NCBI RefSeq assembly: GCF_009914755.1
Contig: NC_060929.1
Direction: 5' to 3' (one strand)
DNA: 64,000 bases
DNA from: the human T2T-CHM13v2.0 reference genome, Homo sapiens
Each line of letters opens with the position of its first letter. Positions within the stretch are counted from its first letter, which is position 1. Made by a program: the position numbers and the translations under genes. This document shows, in pieces, positions 45,921 to 60,945 of this stretch. The notes below the pieces were generated by a model that was not told where the DNA came from, ran no database searches, and saw only the letters and a list, made by a program, of their open reading frames with translations.

Positions 45921-46017
45921 AGGTCTCGCTTATTAAAGCAGAACAGCACTCCCAGAAGAGTTGTCAATAGGAATGCTAAGCAAACAGGCACGACTATGGC
46001 TTCAATTTCTCCTTGAG
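45921..46017 (-). CDS. IL6ST: IL6ST transmembrane exon 15, 97 bp (absent from the ORF track)
   Basis: T26-aag|CT CAA GGA...GAC CT|gtaagt; (A)QGEIEAIVVPVCLAFLLTTLLGVLFCFNKRD(L). Confidence 0.97.
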
Positions 46018-46018
46018 C

Positions 46019-46020
<2 letters not shown>

Positions 46021-46046
<26 letters not shown>
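46021..46046. repeat. A26 mononucleotide run = T26 polypyrimidine tract of the IL6ST TM exon
   Basis: Read directly; adjacent to the acceptor at 46018-46019. Confidence 0.95.
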
Positions 46047-46049
<3 letters not shown>

Positions 46050-46965
46050 GTGTGATGGGAAATAATGTTGACATATGAACTAAGAAGACATAATACAACT
46101 TCCCAACCAGACTTACTGTTGAAAAGATAAAATACAATCCTAATTATTTTTCAAGGTCTCTTCAGACTTGATGATTTTTACCCTCTTCTCTCTTTGGTAA
46201 ATCACATCCCAACCATTTATGTCTTATACATTAACCTGGCCGCATAGCATAAAATATATGTTGGTTGGGGGATAAAAATGATCAGTGTATCGGGTAATCT
46301 ACTGGGTTAGAGCTTTCAAACATAACCATTTGTAACATTTATGATCTGCATTTGGTAGAATCTTAGTAAAAGTTTATCTCTGAGTTCTAATACTGTATAA
46401 CAGAGAAATTATGTCAGAACAAATATAAATACTGGGTAAAATGGAAAAGCTATAAAAACATAATTGAACTACACATTTAACCTTCTAAAAAATAAAAATG
46501 CAACTCTCAGAAGTTTTAAGAGTTATTTACCATTTTTCAAAAGGAGGATATAGCTGGTACAGGGCTAAGAACTTTAGGAGCTGCTCAATGGGCATGAGGA
46601 GTGGCACGAGTAGGAATAAACTAAAAAGTAAACAAGCCTAAGATCCCTAAATACCACACAAATCCTCATCTGCATTTAAAAGAGGACTTGTTCATCAAAT
46701 TAATCACTAATTGGGATAATTAACATTGGAGATTTTTTAAATGACTGTCCTGATTAATTTTGAATTTTACTTAGTCTTTTACAGTAAAAAATGTATGAAA
46801 GTAATATTGCAGCCATATACTATTCACTTAATTTTATCCTTCCACCACACATATCCCTTTGTAAGTAACTAACATCCTATGAAGCTCAGTAGAAATCAAG
46901 AAATCAGTTAAATGCTTGAGAATAAACTATGGGTTGGCAAATATTAACTCTTAAATGCTAAGCAT

Positions 46966-47072
46966 CATATATATATATATATGGGTGTATGTATATATAT
47001 TTATGTGTGTATATATTGATATATGTGTGTATATATATATTGATATGGGTATGTATGTGTGTATATATATAT
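46966..47072. repeat. (TA)/(TG) compound microsatellite
   Basis: Read directly. Confidence 0.88.
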
Positions 47073-47129
47073 AAAATGCCAAATCTAATTTAGGCAGAAA
47101 CTTTGCTTTATTAAACATCTGCTTTTATG

Positions 47130-47385
47130 TTTTCAAGCCTGTGCCTTTGCTCATGCTGCTCTCTAAGATGCCACCTTCTTCCTATTTGTCCACATACTAA
47201 CTCAAGGCTCAAGTATTTTCTTCTTCATAAAACCTTTGAAGGTAAAATTATCCACTACTGGTATATTTAAATTCCTACTCTATTTACTGTCTACATAGTC
47301 CACAGGTTCTCCTTTTTCTGATTTACTTATGCAAAATTTCTTCAACTAAGCTGTAAGGTCCTCGTTGGCAAGACTCAAGCCATGT
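47130..47385 (+). mobile_element. Degenerate L2 fragment overlapping the 85-nt cryptic IL6ST exon
   Basis: gcctttgctcatgctg...aactaagctgtaaggtcctcgttggcaagact resembles the L2 3' region. Confidence 0.45.
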
Positions 47386-47411
47386 GAAGAAGCCATAATG
47401 GATCCATGAGA
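47327..47411 (-). CDS. IL6ST: IL6ST cryptic/alternative 85-nt exon in intron 14 (frameshift, stop just before the TM)
   Basis: ttttttcaattctctatctgtag|TC TCA TGG...CAT AA|gtaaat; exactly 85 nt and open in frame with exon 14; matches the recalled description of an 85-bp-insert soluble gp130 cDNA. Confidence 0.7.
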
Positions 47412-47622
47412 CTACAGATAGAGAATTGAAAAAAGGTAGGTTATAAAATAATACTAAGTATAATTTAATTTTAGGAAAAAAATATATACAAAGAAGACAC
47501 TAAAAGGATACACAAATATGTTATTTTGGGGTAAGGGACTAGGACTAATTTTTCTTCCTCTCTACATTTTACTGTACAGTCTAAATTCCCTATAATGAAC
47601 ACCTATGTAATAAAAAAATTTT

Positions 47623-47922
47623 AGGCTGAGCATGGTGGCTCATACCTGTAATCCGGCACTCTGGGAGGCTAAGGCAGGAGGACTGAGGCCAGGAGTTCAA
47701 AACCAGCCTGGGCAACACAGCGAGATCCCATCTCTACCAAAAAAATTGTTTTAACTAGCCAGGCATGGTGGTGCCTACCAGCAGTCTTAGTTACTTGGGA
47801 GGCTGAGGCAGGAGGATTGCTTGAGCCCAGGAATTTGAGGTTGCAGTGAGCTATGACTGCACCACTGCACTCCAGCCTGGGAGACAGAGCAAGACTCTGT
47901 CTCAAAAACAAACAAACAAAAA
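47623..47922 (+). mobile_element. Alu (J-like)
   Basis: Alu consensus. Confidence 0.88.
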
Positions 47923-48682
47923 ATATACATATGGGCTTTTATGTGTGTGTGTACACACACACATACATATATACAAAGCTCTGTAGAGATGGCTGGTCTC
48001 CACAGAAATACATAAAATATACATTTTTAAGTTTATTTTTTAATTTTTCTCAAGATTATGGTATAAAGTTTTATTTTAAATAACATACCTATTAACATAC
48101 CACCACATGGGACCAACCTTATCCCAGAAACTATATTCATTACTGACCCTAACAGCAAAGCTCAGGAACTTTTATCATTTATTTTATGTAGTCACTCATT
48201 CATTTATTCCCTCATTCAGCAAGCATTCAACCAACAAGGCACATGGAATTTACTACTTATCATTAACTAGGCTGGCACTTGGGGGTGGGGGTTACAATTA
48301 TGGTAAAATAAGGTAATTTTCTATAATGATTCAAAATGTAGGGGGAGCAAGAAAGAATGTTGGTTAAGTTTGCTTTAGGGAAGATACAGAAGAGCCAGAT
48401 GATGAGGTGAAGACCTCACTGGGGGCAATGCACTAAGAAAAGAGAAGTTAGCATGAGGAGCTTGCAGTTGAAGAAAATGATGATGAAAGGGTACGCACAA
48501 TCAACAGGACTTGACACTCAGCTTATGTGAGAGAAAAATATACAAATACATTTATTGTAATCACATTTAAATTTATGGCTTTGGCATAGAACGAGGGAGG
48601 GGAAATGTATTTGGGAAGGAAAGAGAAGATGGCTAAAGCCATGGACAGAGTTTGAATAGGCAAGTAAGAAAACAGGGTCAAG

Positions 48683-49393
<711 letters not shown>

Positions 49394-49892
49394 AGTAGAA
49401 AAAAGATGAAAACTAAAAAGCATGCAGTACATATGATGATCAAGAGGTCTTCTGAGTGACACCAGAGAGGTTTCAGTGCAGGGGTGGGGTAGGACCCCTA
49501 ATTTCAGTATGTTAAATACTGAGTGGGAGGTACGGAAGTGAAGACTGTAAAGTGGACTAGTCCTTCAAGTAATCTCTCAATAAAAGAAAGAAATGAGGAT
49601 AGAGAAGGAAAGAACACACCCAAACCAGTGAAAAAAATGAACCCACATGGAAAGATACACAAATTCTTTTAGGATTTTTAGTACAGCTGAATATAGTCAG
49701 AAGCAGTTAATAAAATACCAAAAAGGTGAGGAATAACACTTTCTATAAAGAAACCACCAACCAAAGCCAGATAATATAAAAATCATCATGAATCCAAAGA
49801 TGTACTTTTTAACACAATTTTAGCACATAAACTAAGTTCATTTCTAACCTAAGTTTGAGAAAGAAAAAAAACCAAACTTCATTATTTCTTAC

Positions 49893-50033
49893 CAAACTTT
49901 GGGGTAGTAAAAGTGAATTCTGGACCATCCTTCCCACCTTCATCTGTGTATGCTGCCATTCGTACCATGTACAATGTGTCACTAGTCAAAGAGGACAATG
50001 TATATTCTGTGTGGGAAGAATCCACATTCACAG
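49893..50033 (-). CDS. IL6ST: IL6ST exon 14, 141 bp
   Basis: cttccag|CT GTG AAT...AAG TTT G|gtaaga; (A)VNVDSSHTEYTLSSL...FTFTTPKF. Confidence 0.97.
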
Positions 50034-50357
50034 CTGGAAGAAATAAGAACTGTGCTTCATTCAACTATTCAATGCTTTTGCTTATTTGGCCTATATTTGG
50101 CATTGTGAAAGTGTTAAAAAAGAAGCGAAGTATTTTTGTTGGAAAACAACTTTTATAATGTTCTGACATAATTTTATGTTCTAAAGCACAACACAATACT
50201 TTTTCAATAAATCCATGAAAGTAACCATAAGGCAAATTCTCAGGTGTCTCCTGAGGCCAATATACTATAAGATGTATAAGAAGAACAGACTTAAATTAGT
50301 ACTTAAAAGCTTAAGGAAAAAATAACTGATTCTTAATAACTGATACAGTTTTATTAC

Positions 50358-50504
50358 CAGTTTCATTTCCAATGATGGTTCTATAAAATATAGTATAATT
50401 TCTGATAAATCCATTCTGAACATCAACAGGAAGTTGGTCCCACTCTAAGACAGCTTCGTTTTTCCCTACTTTTTTTGTCCGAACAGTAGGTCCTTTGGAA
50501 GGTG
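50358..50504 (-). CDS. IL6ST: IL6ST exon 13, 147 bp
   Basis: ttacag|CA CCT TCC...GAA ACT G|gtaata; (P)PSKGPTVRTKKVGKNEAVLEWDQLPV...IIGNET. Confidence 0.97.
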
Positions 50505-50678
50505 CTGTAACAGAGTGAACACATTTGCTAACTGAAAATCATTTACAATCTAGTAAAATTTCCTTGTCATAAAATCATTTGAACATAATGAGATACATCT
50601 TTATTTAAAAGCGATAAAATGTTTCTGTTAATACAAAGCCCTAAACTTTTTTTTTCAAAGAAGTGAGTTTGGACTTAC

Positions 50679-50780
50679 GAGCTTGTTTAAGGTATGCCTT
50701 TATGGATTCAGGGCTTCCTGGTCCATCAGCATATACTGGAGTAACTGTTATCAAATAGCATTTGCTCTCTGCTAAGTTCC
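50679..50780 (-). CDS. IL6ST: IL6ST exon 12, 102 bp
   Basis: ctttag|GG AAC TTA...CAA GCT C|gtaagt; (G)NLAESKCYLITVTPVYADGPGSPESIKAYLKQA. Confidence 0.97.
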
Positions 50781-51114
50781 CTAAAGCAAGAATAGCAGAT
50801 TAAGCATGTTTTTCCATAATGAAAAAGTCAAGTTAATACCGTAATTTATTTTTACATTATAATTTCATGACCACTTAATTTTCTTTTAAAACTGCAGTTT
50901 TCTAAGTAAGCATTGTCTTTTGTGTACTGGATTCAAGCTTAATCAGGTAAAACTGTCTGTAAAAGTATTGCCAATGCAGTGGATAAAAAATACATTGTTA
51001 AGAACAATGATGGTATTTACATTTAGAATTTATAAAACAATGATCTCAAATTACTCTGGATTTTATAGAGTCTGACAATTTTTGTATGTCTTACCTACAA
51101 GAGAGAACAGCCTA

Positions 51115-51518
<404 letters not shown>

Positions 51519-51821
51519 TTATTTTTATCTTTTTTAGCATGCACCACTAAAATTTTTCTTATTTATACAGTATATTATCTGTACATATTAGAAAATGTTT
51601 TATTGAAATTTATACCTTCAATAAGAATGTATATTCCTTAACTATTACTCATGAAGTTACATGCTCCTTTACCTTCTTAAACAGATTTTACCTTTTCTTA
51701 ATGATTCAATATTACCAAAAAATGAACAATTTTTATATTCTACTCTAATGTGATGCTTTCAGGGTTACTGAGCAACATACGACTACCTACCCAAACTTAA
51801 TGTCTCCACAACTTATGCTAG

Positions 51822-52410
<589 letters not shown>

Positions 52411-53238
52411 GTATTTATTTTTTTTTAAGAAGTTTCTATAGTTATTTCCAGCCTGTTTCAGGACTTCCTAAGCTCCACCATGTTTTTAATTTGATAAAGT
52501 CAGTAAACTAGATAACCAAGCTTATTAAAACTGTACACTAATAACATGTAAGTCCAAACAGCCTGTATTATGACTAAAGCTCAAAAACTTTATGGCAGGA
52601 ATCTCTCTGCTTAGGGCTTTTCTCTAATTAACCATATTATTCACAGCTGAATTCTAATTATTAATTATCAACAAAAGACTATAAACTGAGTTTTTTTCTC
52701 TTCAAAGTTGTTGTATCACTTTATAACCACTTAAGCAGCACCATAACACACAGACTGGAGCGCTACGATTCATTACTTCTGTCCTTTGTTACTACTTCCA
52801 ATTGAAAGACATAAGGAAATCTGAGTTCTAGTTCTGCTTCCTCTATCTGATGGTTCTAAGACATTACACAAGTCATCCAGATGCTCTAGGAAACTATTTT
52901 CTCATGTGAAGGATGAGGTACAGAGAACATATAACTAATCAGCAGCAAAGGTTGGACTCTTATATTTCTCTATACTCTATAGTTTTAGGAGTTTTCCCTT
53001 GACGATAAAATCATATTGGGGTACAAAAAGAAGAAAGTATTAACCCCACTCTGTTCATAAAGAGACTGTAATTCAGAGAGGTTAAGTATGACTTGCTGAA
53101 AGTCACACATCTAGTAAGTAGTGAGGCTATGATAAATTGGAAGTCGTTTCAACGGACCAAAACACTATAAGCAAAAGAAAAAGCTGCCTAAAGAGTTAGA
53201 AAAAGGATATCAATTTAGATGTTTCTAGCCAGGTATAC

Positions 53239-53421
53239 CTCTTAAATAGGTGCGATGCACGGTACCATCTTCTTGTTGCCAGTCTGTGATACAGGGTGCT
53301 TTATCTGATAACACACACCACTCAAGTATATATTTCTTTACAGATTCCCTTGGAGTAGTCCATTCCACCCAAAGCATGTTATCTTTGGGGAATGCTTTAA
53401 GATCCATTACAGGGTGAGTAG
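53239..53421 (-). CDS. IL6ST: IL6ST exon 11, 183 bp
   Basis: ttttaaag|CT ACT CAC...TTA AGA G|gtatac; (A)THPVMDLKAFPKDNMLWVEW...HRTYLR. Confidence 0.97.
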
Positions 53422-53604
53422 CTTTAAAACAAAGTTTGAATATTGAAATAATAAATATTAACAAATTTGAAATTTCCATATTTTACAGTCATTTCCAAAA
53501 CATGTGATTTATCAATTTTTGTAGCATATACTTCCTTGCCTAAAAGCACTTTATTATAACTTACAGGTAAAGTAGTCAATTTTTAAACTTAGATTTTGCT
53601 TCCC

Positions 53605-53890
53605 CGCTGGGCACTGTGGCTCATTCCTGTAATTCCAACATTTTACGAGGCCAAGGCAGGTGGATCACTTGACATCAGGAGTTCGAAACCAGCCTGGCCA
53701 ACACGGTGAAACCCCGTCTCTACTAAAAATACAAAATTAGCCAGGCATTGTGGTGCATGCCTTTAATTCCAGCTACTTGGGAGGCTGGTGCACAAGAATC
53801 GCTTGAAGCCAGGAGGCAGAGGCTGAGATCGTGCCATTGCACTCCAGCCTAGGCGACAGAGCAAGACTGTCTCAAAAAGAAAAAAAAAAA
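53605..53890 (+). mobile_element. Alu (S-like)
   Basis: Alu consensus. Confidence 0.9.
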
Positions 53891-54166
53891 TTTGCTTTCC
53901 CTAAATTCTTCAAATGCTTTCGGTTTGTAATTGCAATTTTTCTTCTTTGAAAGCTACGAATAAAGCTACAGATAAACGTTTCAGTCATATGTATACAAAG
54001 TTCTCAAAATCTTGAAATAATATTTTAAAAACCAGGTAAGTAATCAGAATATGCTTAAATGAATGAAGTAGCTTACTGTGAAGTTTAAGTGAGCATGTAG
54101 TGATGGAAATGTTCTTGCATCCTGATGAAATTTGTCTGCTGACTGATTCCTAAAAATGCGATCACT

Positions 54167-54290
54167 AGCTGGGTTTGGTGGCATATGCCTGTTAATCCCA
54201 GCACTTTGGGAGGCCAGGGGAGATCGCTTGAGCTCAGGAGTTCGAGACCAGCCTGAGCAACCTGGCGAGACCCAGTCTCTGAAAAAAAGA
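54167..54290 (+). mobile_element. FLAM/left-arm Alu monomer
   Basis: Monomer consensus. Confidence 0.8.
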
Positions 54291-54453
54291 AAATCATTAT
54301 TTATAAAATTTAAAAAATTAAAAAATAAACAAGTGATTATCCCTGATACTGAGGAGACAGTCTTAGATAACTTGTGTTTTTTATGGGAGCCCTGTCCATA
54401 CCTAACCACCATTTTTCCACCCAAGAGTCAGGCTCCATCTCACAGATACAAAC

Positions 54454-54664
54454 CTTGAAAGTCACAGGCAGGGATAGTTAAAACAGCTGCATCTGATTTG
54501 CCAACAAGATTTCTTACTGTTAGGGTTGCTAGATAGCGATCATTTGTGAGATTTACTGTCAGTTTTGTGGCATTAACTGTGTAATTTTGTAAATGTGATT
54601 TCCATCTTGTGAGAGTCACTTCATAATCCAAGATTTTTCCATTGGCTTCAAAAGGAGGCAATGT
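54454..54664 (-). CDS. IL6ST: IL6ST exon 10, 211 bp
   Basis: ttacag|ACA TTG CCT...TTT CAA G|gtttgt; TLPPFEANGKILDYEV...IPACDFQ. Confidence 0.97.
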
Positions 54665-55306
54665 CTGTAATAAAATAGTTTATTTTTAAAAATAATCTCA
54701 TAAATCTTGAATAAAAAATCAGTTTTTCTTCATATTCACAAATCATGCCATTATGTCAAATCTCTAAATATTTAACTGGAAAGGATTCACAATCTCCATT
54801 TTAAATTTGGTTCTAAAATAAAACTAGTACATACTAAATGAAGAGTAAAAGCATGACCTCAACTAAAAAAGGGTAAGTAGCATCATTCCGTTAGCTTTTG
54901 GTTCTGTATCAATTCTGCACTGTGGCTATGTAGGTCTAAATTATTTATTTTATGCTTGAGTATTTTTCTACCTTCTTTTTTAGTATGATCTACTCATGCA
55001 CTTACCAGCATACATTTTGATTATCACAAACTTTTATTATTTTCTGAGTTACTCTGGAAAATTCCAAAGTACAAAAACAACATTCCTCTTCTTATAGAAC
55101 TTATACTTTCACAGAACTGTACTTAAATACCTATAAGGTATTATTTGTAGTTTATGAACCTGACTTCTATATAATATTAATACATATAAAGCATTACCTT
55201 TCTATTTAGTAAAAATAGTAATCAAATGCTTTGCTATTAAAATGAATAAAAATTTATCTATTTAAAAGACCTCCATTCATAATACCATACAAAATGTATT
55301 TATAAG

Positions 55307-55603
<297 letters not shown>

Positions 55604-55637
55604 TTATAAGAGATAAAATATAAATGTGATTTTTTAC

Positions 55638-55720
55638 CTTCCACACGAGTTGTACAGTTCTGTAGCCTTGAGTATGGGATGGATCTATTTTATACCAGAA
55701 ACTTGGTGCTTTAGATGGTC
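55638..55720 (-). CDS. IL6ST: IL6ST exon 9, 83 bp (skipped in sgp130-RAPS)
   Basis: tctttag|GA CCA TCT...TGG AAG|gtaaaa; (R)PSKAPSFWYKIDPSHTQGYRTVQLVWK. Confidence 0.96.
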
Positions 55721-56543
55721 CTAAAGAAAAGACATAAACTCCTTAAAATAAAAAGGTTTTAACAGTAAAATAAAATTCTGCAAATTATTCTTTTACTTTG
55801 TTCTTAATACTCTTGCCCTCCAATTGCATGGTGTCTCTACCTCTTTATACCAGCATTTTCCCAACCCAGCACAAAACACCTGGCTCTTCCTTTAGTCAGG
55901 GTGATAGCCTGATCAATTATACTGGAACTCTTTTCTAACCTCAAAATTGTAAAGGTAAAAATGTATTCTGAGCAACAACTAAAGAGGCATCACTCTTTCT
56001 TATAACTTCATGTTCTTTATTCTGTTTGTGTGCTGGCACTGTATTTATCTACTTGAATCTCCTGTACCAGCAGCCTTTTCCCAGCCTTCCTGGTCTGCCT
56101 GTCCTCACTTCTGTTTTGTCATCTGTAATTGCCTCTTCATGATCAACACATCACTGCTTAGATTTTATTCAACTCCTCTCTTATTCTATTAAATACCAGG
56201 TCTTCTAATTATATTTATAAAAATTTTGAAAAATTAGTTAATATGATTTTTTAAAGAAAAAAACTTTTTAAAATAAAGTTTTTAACAGTAAAAAATAAAA
56301 ATGAAATAAACATAAGTTGATACTACTTATCGCTGAAAATCAAACTGGAAAATCTATTTAAACACATTGCTTACTCCTAAATATTCACAAGAATAATAAA
56401 ACAAATTAAGATAAATGTACTAAAATAAGTTTATTACTTTATATAAGGATGATTGAGAGTGATGGGATGTAATAAAAACAAATTCACAGTATTGTTGTGA
56501 TAATCACTAACCATCTGAAAAAGCAATCCATAAAACATAGTGG

Positions 56544-56692
56544 TTTTTTTCCAGAGACAGTGTCTCGCTCTGTTGCCCAGGCTGGAGTGCAGTGGATGAC
56601 TATAGTGCACTATAACCTTCAGCTCCTAGGCTCAGGTGATCCTCCCACCTCAGCAACCCAAGTAGCTGGGGTTTGGCCACCATACCCAGCCA
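56544..56692 (-). mobile_element. FLAM/FRAM Alu monomer
   Basis: TSD aaaacata. Confidence 0.8.
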
Positions 56693-56984
56693 AAACATAA
56701 ATTGTTAAATACCAGTAATTAAATTCGGTTTTAAAAATACCTGTAGTATTAATTTTTCAAAACTTATAATAGCCATTAAATGTAGCATATAATTTTTAAT
56801 TTTTTAGCAATAAGTAATATCAACTGACATTTCATTTTTACTTATCATTGTTAAGCTTTTTGTAAAAAGTTTGTCTTAAAAAAATCAATGGCATTAACTG
56901 ATTTCTCAAAATTTTTATGAATATAATAACAAGATATGGTAGTCAGTAGAATAAGACAGGAGTTGAATAAAATCTAAGCAGTAA

Positions 56985-57286
56985 GGCTGGGTGTGGTGGC
57001 TCGTGCCTGCGATCCCAGCACTTTGGGAGGCCGAGGGATGTGGTTCACTTCAGTTCAGTAGTTCAAGACCAGCCTGGGCACCATGACAAAACCTTGTCTC
57101 CACAAAAAAATACAAAAATTTGCTGGGCATGGTGACACGTGCCTATAGTCCCAGCTATGTTGGGGGCTGAGGCATGAGGATCGCTTCAGCCTTGGAGGTA
57201 GAGGCTGCAGCGAGCCGTGTTCATGCCACTGCACTCCAGCCTGGGCAATAGAGTGAGGCACTATTTCCAAAAAAAAAAAAAAAAAA
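56985..57286 (+). mobile_element. Alu (J-like)
   Basis: Alu consensus. Confidence 0.88.
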
Positions 57287-58249
57287 ATTTAAGTACTGAT
57301 ATGTTAATCATGAAGAGGCAATTACAGACAGCAAAACAGAAAGGATAGGACAGGCAGACCAGGAAGGCTGGGAAAAAGGCTGCTGGTACAGAAGTTAAAA
57401 TAGATAAATTCACATGAGTACAGTGCAGCACTCAAACAGAATAAAGAACATGAAATTATTAAAAAAAAATTATGAGCTGGAAATATTTCCTAACATAAAG
57501 GGAACCCAGAGACTTCATTCACGCATTGATTTGACAAAGATTATGTACACTTGTCCATTAAAAATGCACACAGGCACTAACCACAATATTTTACCTACAT
57601 TTTAAACTATTTCATGAACTCCTCCCCATGTATCTCATTTTAAGAATTCCTGGTCAAGACAAAGCAATCTGGCTGAGGACTCCCACAGCAGCAATAGCAA
57701 AATTGATTTCTTTCTCAGCATTTATGAGAGAAATCTTAGGGCAGAAGGGTACTTTTCTGCCTTTGATGTTCTCAAGTCACATGACCTAAACCTCTAGAAG
57801 AGCTGGAAGTAAAGGGATATAGGTGGTAGGGGATTTTTTCAGCCACAGCTACTGCCATTGATAACTAAGAGATGAGTCTGTGATAGGAAGGTCTCAAAAT
57901 GAAAAATCTATGCCACGGGATTATTTCTTGAACTTAGTAACATCAGATGCTTTGCAGTGAGGATCTTACTTTAGACTGTACACTCTTTTTGTGCCTTTTT
58001 TATTCTATATCATATATATTATCTATAGGAGAAAAAAGGAAAATAAAAACTAACCAACCAAAATTCCAGGATCAACCGCTTCCCAGGGGCTTATCAAGTG
58101 CTATTAGAAAAAAAATGAATAAAAGGTATAATACAAGTATATTTTTGATAGTGGGGATCTAAGGTGTAGTTTGCTAGACAGTGTGGTTTTAATGATTCAG
58201 GATATGATTCTCTAGTTAGGAGTATCTCTGGACAAGTCTCCTTGAATAA

Positions 58250-58612
<363 letters not shown>

Positions 58613-58830
58613 TCCATGATAATTTAATTAGGTATCAAATAGACTTATACTATCAATGATCCATATTCAATTTTACATCTTAATGTCCTTAAAAATTAAA
58701 ACGTTAAAATACTGCAGTTTGAATAAAATGATCACAAACTAAGAAGCAATGAGGCTATATTATTAAAACCAGAACCAGTTCACATCTGGAATTCCAATAG
58801 CTTTACTTCTTCATATACTTATGTACTTAC

Positions 58831-58990
58831 TATCTTCATAGGTGATCCCACTTGCTTCTTCACTCCAGTCACTCCAGTATCCCTTACCATCTTCCTTCAT
58901 ACAGCGAATCCTAAACACATATTCTGTAAAAGGTTTAAGGTCTTGGACAGTGAATGAAGATCGGGTGGATGCTGTGTCTTCAGGAGGAAT
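58831..58990 (-). CDS. IL6ST: IL6ST exon 8, 160 bp, WSXWS motif
   Basis: tttcag|ATT CCT...GAT A|gtaagt; IPPEDTAST...GYWSDWSEEASGITYED. Confidence 0.97.
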
Positions 58991-59063
58991 CTGAAACAAA
59001 GCAAACCAAACAACAGAAAACCTCAATTAGTAAGGTCTTCTAAATTGTGTTAAAATTCAGAAA

Positions 59064-59491
59064 CTTTTTTTTTTGAGGCACAGCCTTGCTCTGTTGCCCA
59101 GGTTGGAGTGCAGTGGTGCGATCTTGGCTCAACACAACCTCTACCTCTCCCAGGTTCAAGCGATTCTCCTGCCTCAGCCTCCTGAGTGGCTGGGATTACA
59201 GGTGCCCGCCACCACTCTCAGCTAATTTCTGTACTTTTTTAGTATCAACAAGATTCACCATGTTGGCCGGGCTGGTCTGTAACTCCTGACCTCAAGCAAT
59301 CCACTTGCCTCGGCCTCCCAAAGTGCCAGGATTACAGATGTGAGCCACTGCGCTCAGCCTAGAAACTATTTATTTTTGAGACAGAGTCTCCCTCTGTCGC
59401 CCAGGCTGGAGCTCAATGGTGCAATGGCGCGATCTCAGCTCACTGCAACCTCCGCCTCCCAGGTTCAAGTGATTCTATTGCCTCAGCCTCT
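59064..59491 (-). mobile_element. Full Alu (59064-59359) plus truncated Alu (59368-59491)
   Basis: gaaact(a)ttt occurs before, between and after the two elements. Confidence 0.88.
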
Positions 59492-59858
59492 TGAAACTAT
59501 TTTATTGACACAAGACTAATACATTAAACTCAACCTCTGGAGAGAAATAAGTGTAAGTTAAAAAGCAGTCCAAATCAGTAAAGTTATTTGGTTTTAGAAG
59601 TATGGAAACATCTATTATCTTTCCTTTTTTCCCTTTATTTCTTCCACAGGGCCTGTAATATAACTTAGGATTTCTGCAGGAAACAGATGGCACACTCCAT
59701 TTAGAATAATTCAAGGAGGGCTTCATAAAGGGACTACATGCAGAGTATATGGAATCCTTAGACAGTGCAGTTAGTACTCTGGGGCTTAGAGCTGTTTCTA
59801 CCTCTAGGCCCAAAGGGATGAGGGGAAGTACCAGAACCTGAAAGAAGCCGGTCAGCTA

Positions 59859-60201
<343 letters not shown>

Positions 60202-60945
60202 AGACAGCCAGTTCCTGGAAGGAAGCAGGGAAAATCAACATGCCAATTTCACTTTTCTTCTGTCTTCTCTCCTGCCTAGTCCCTTCCTTCCATTAACCAC
60301 AGTCACAAGGAAGCTAGAAAGAATGGAAACCCACAGATGAAATCTATACAGGTCAGCATGACACAACAAAGAGAAGGGTAGAGCGTAGATGTGGACAGGC
60401 AAAAGGAAGATATCCAGCCCAATCAAGAAAAACAAAAGTTTTCCTGGCTTTTAAACTTGGCTTTCAGAAAAAAAGAGGAGATTAAATACAGATAAATAAC
60501 TGGTCATATTACTCTGATAATTTAGTATTAGATACAAAATAAACATCAGTCTTTTTTGTAGCACTGAATTAAGATTCTATACTTAATACCACATTTTGAA
60601 GAACTTCAGGTATGTATATTCTCTGTACAACATGAAGCATTAATCCAATTTTGTTTTATTGCTTTTTCTGATTGTATTCTGAGCACTTTAGATAAGTGGG
60701 GTAAGGAGAGAAGTAGTAAAGTCATTAGCCCAATTCCCTAACAAGCTCACTGTGACCAGAGCAACAAAAGCAAAGACATACTGTTTGTGATAAATGGAAT
60801 CAAAACAGAGAAGAGTATGGATAGCTGAATGCTATGGTGATAGCCTTTTTAAAAGCTCCAAGTATTTCTTTTGCTGGTAGCATCATCTTTGGGTATACTA
60901 TCATTTTCAGTCTTACAAGCTCCCTATCAATCCCTTCCTCTACCT

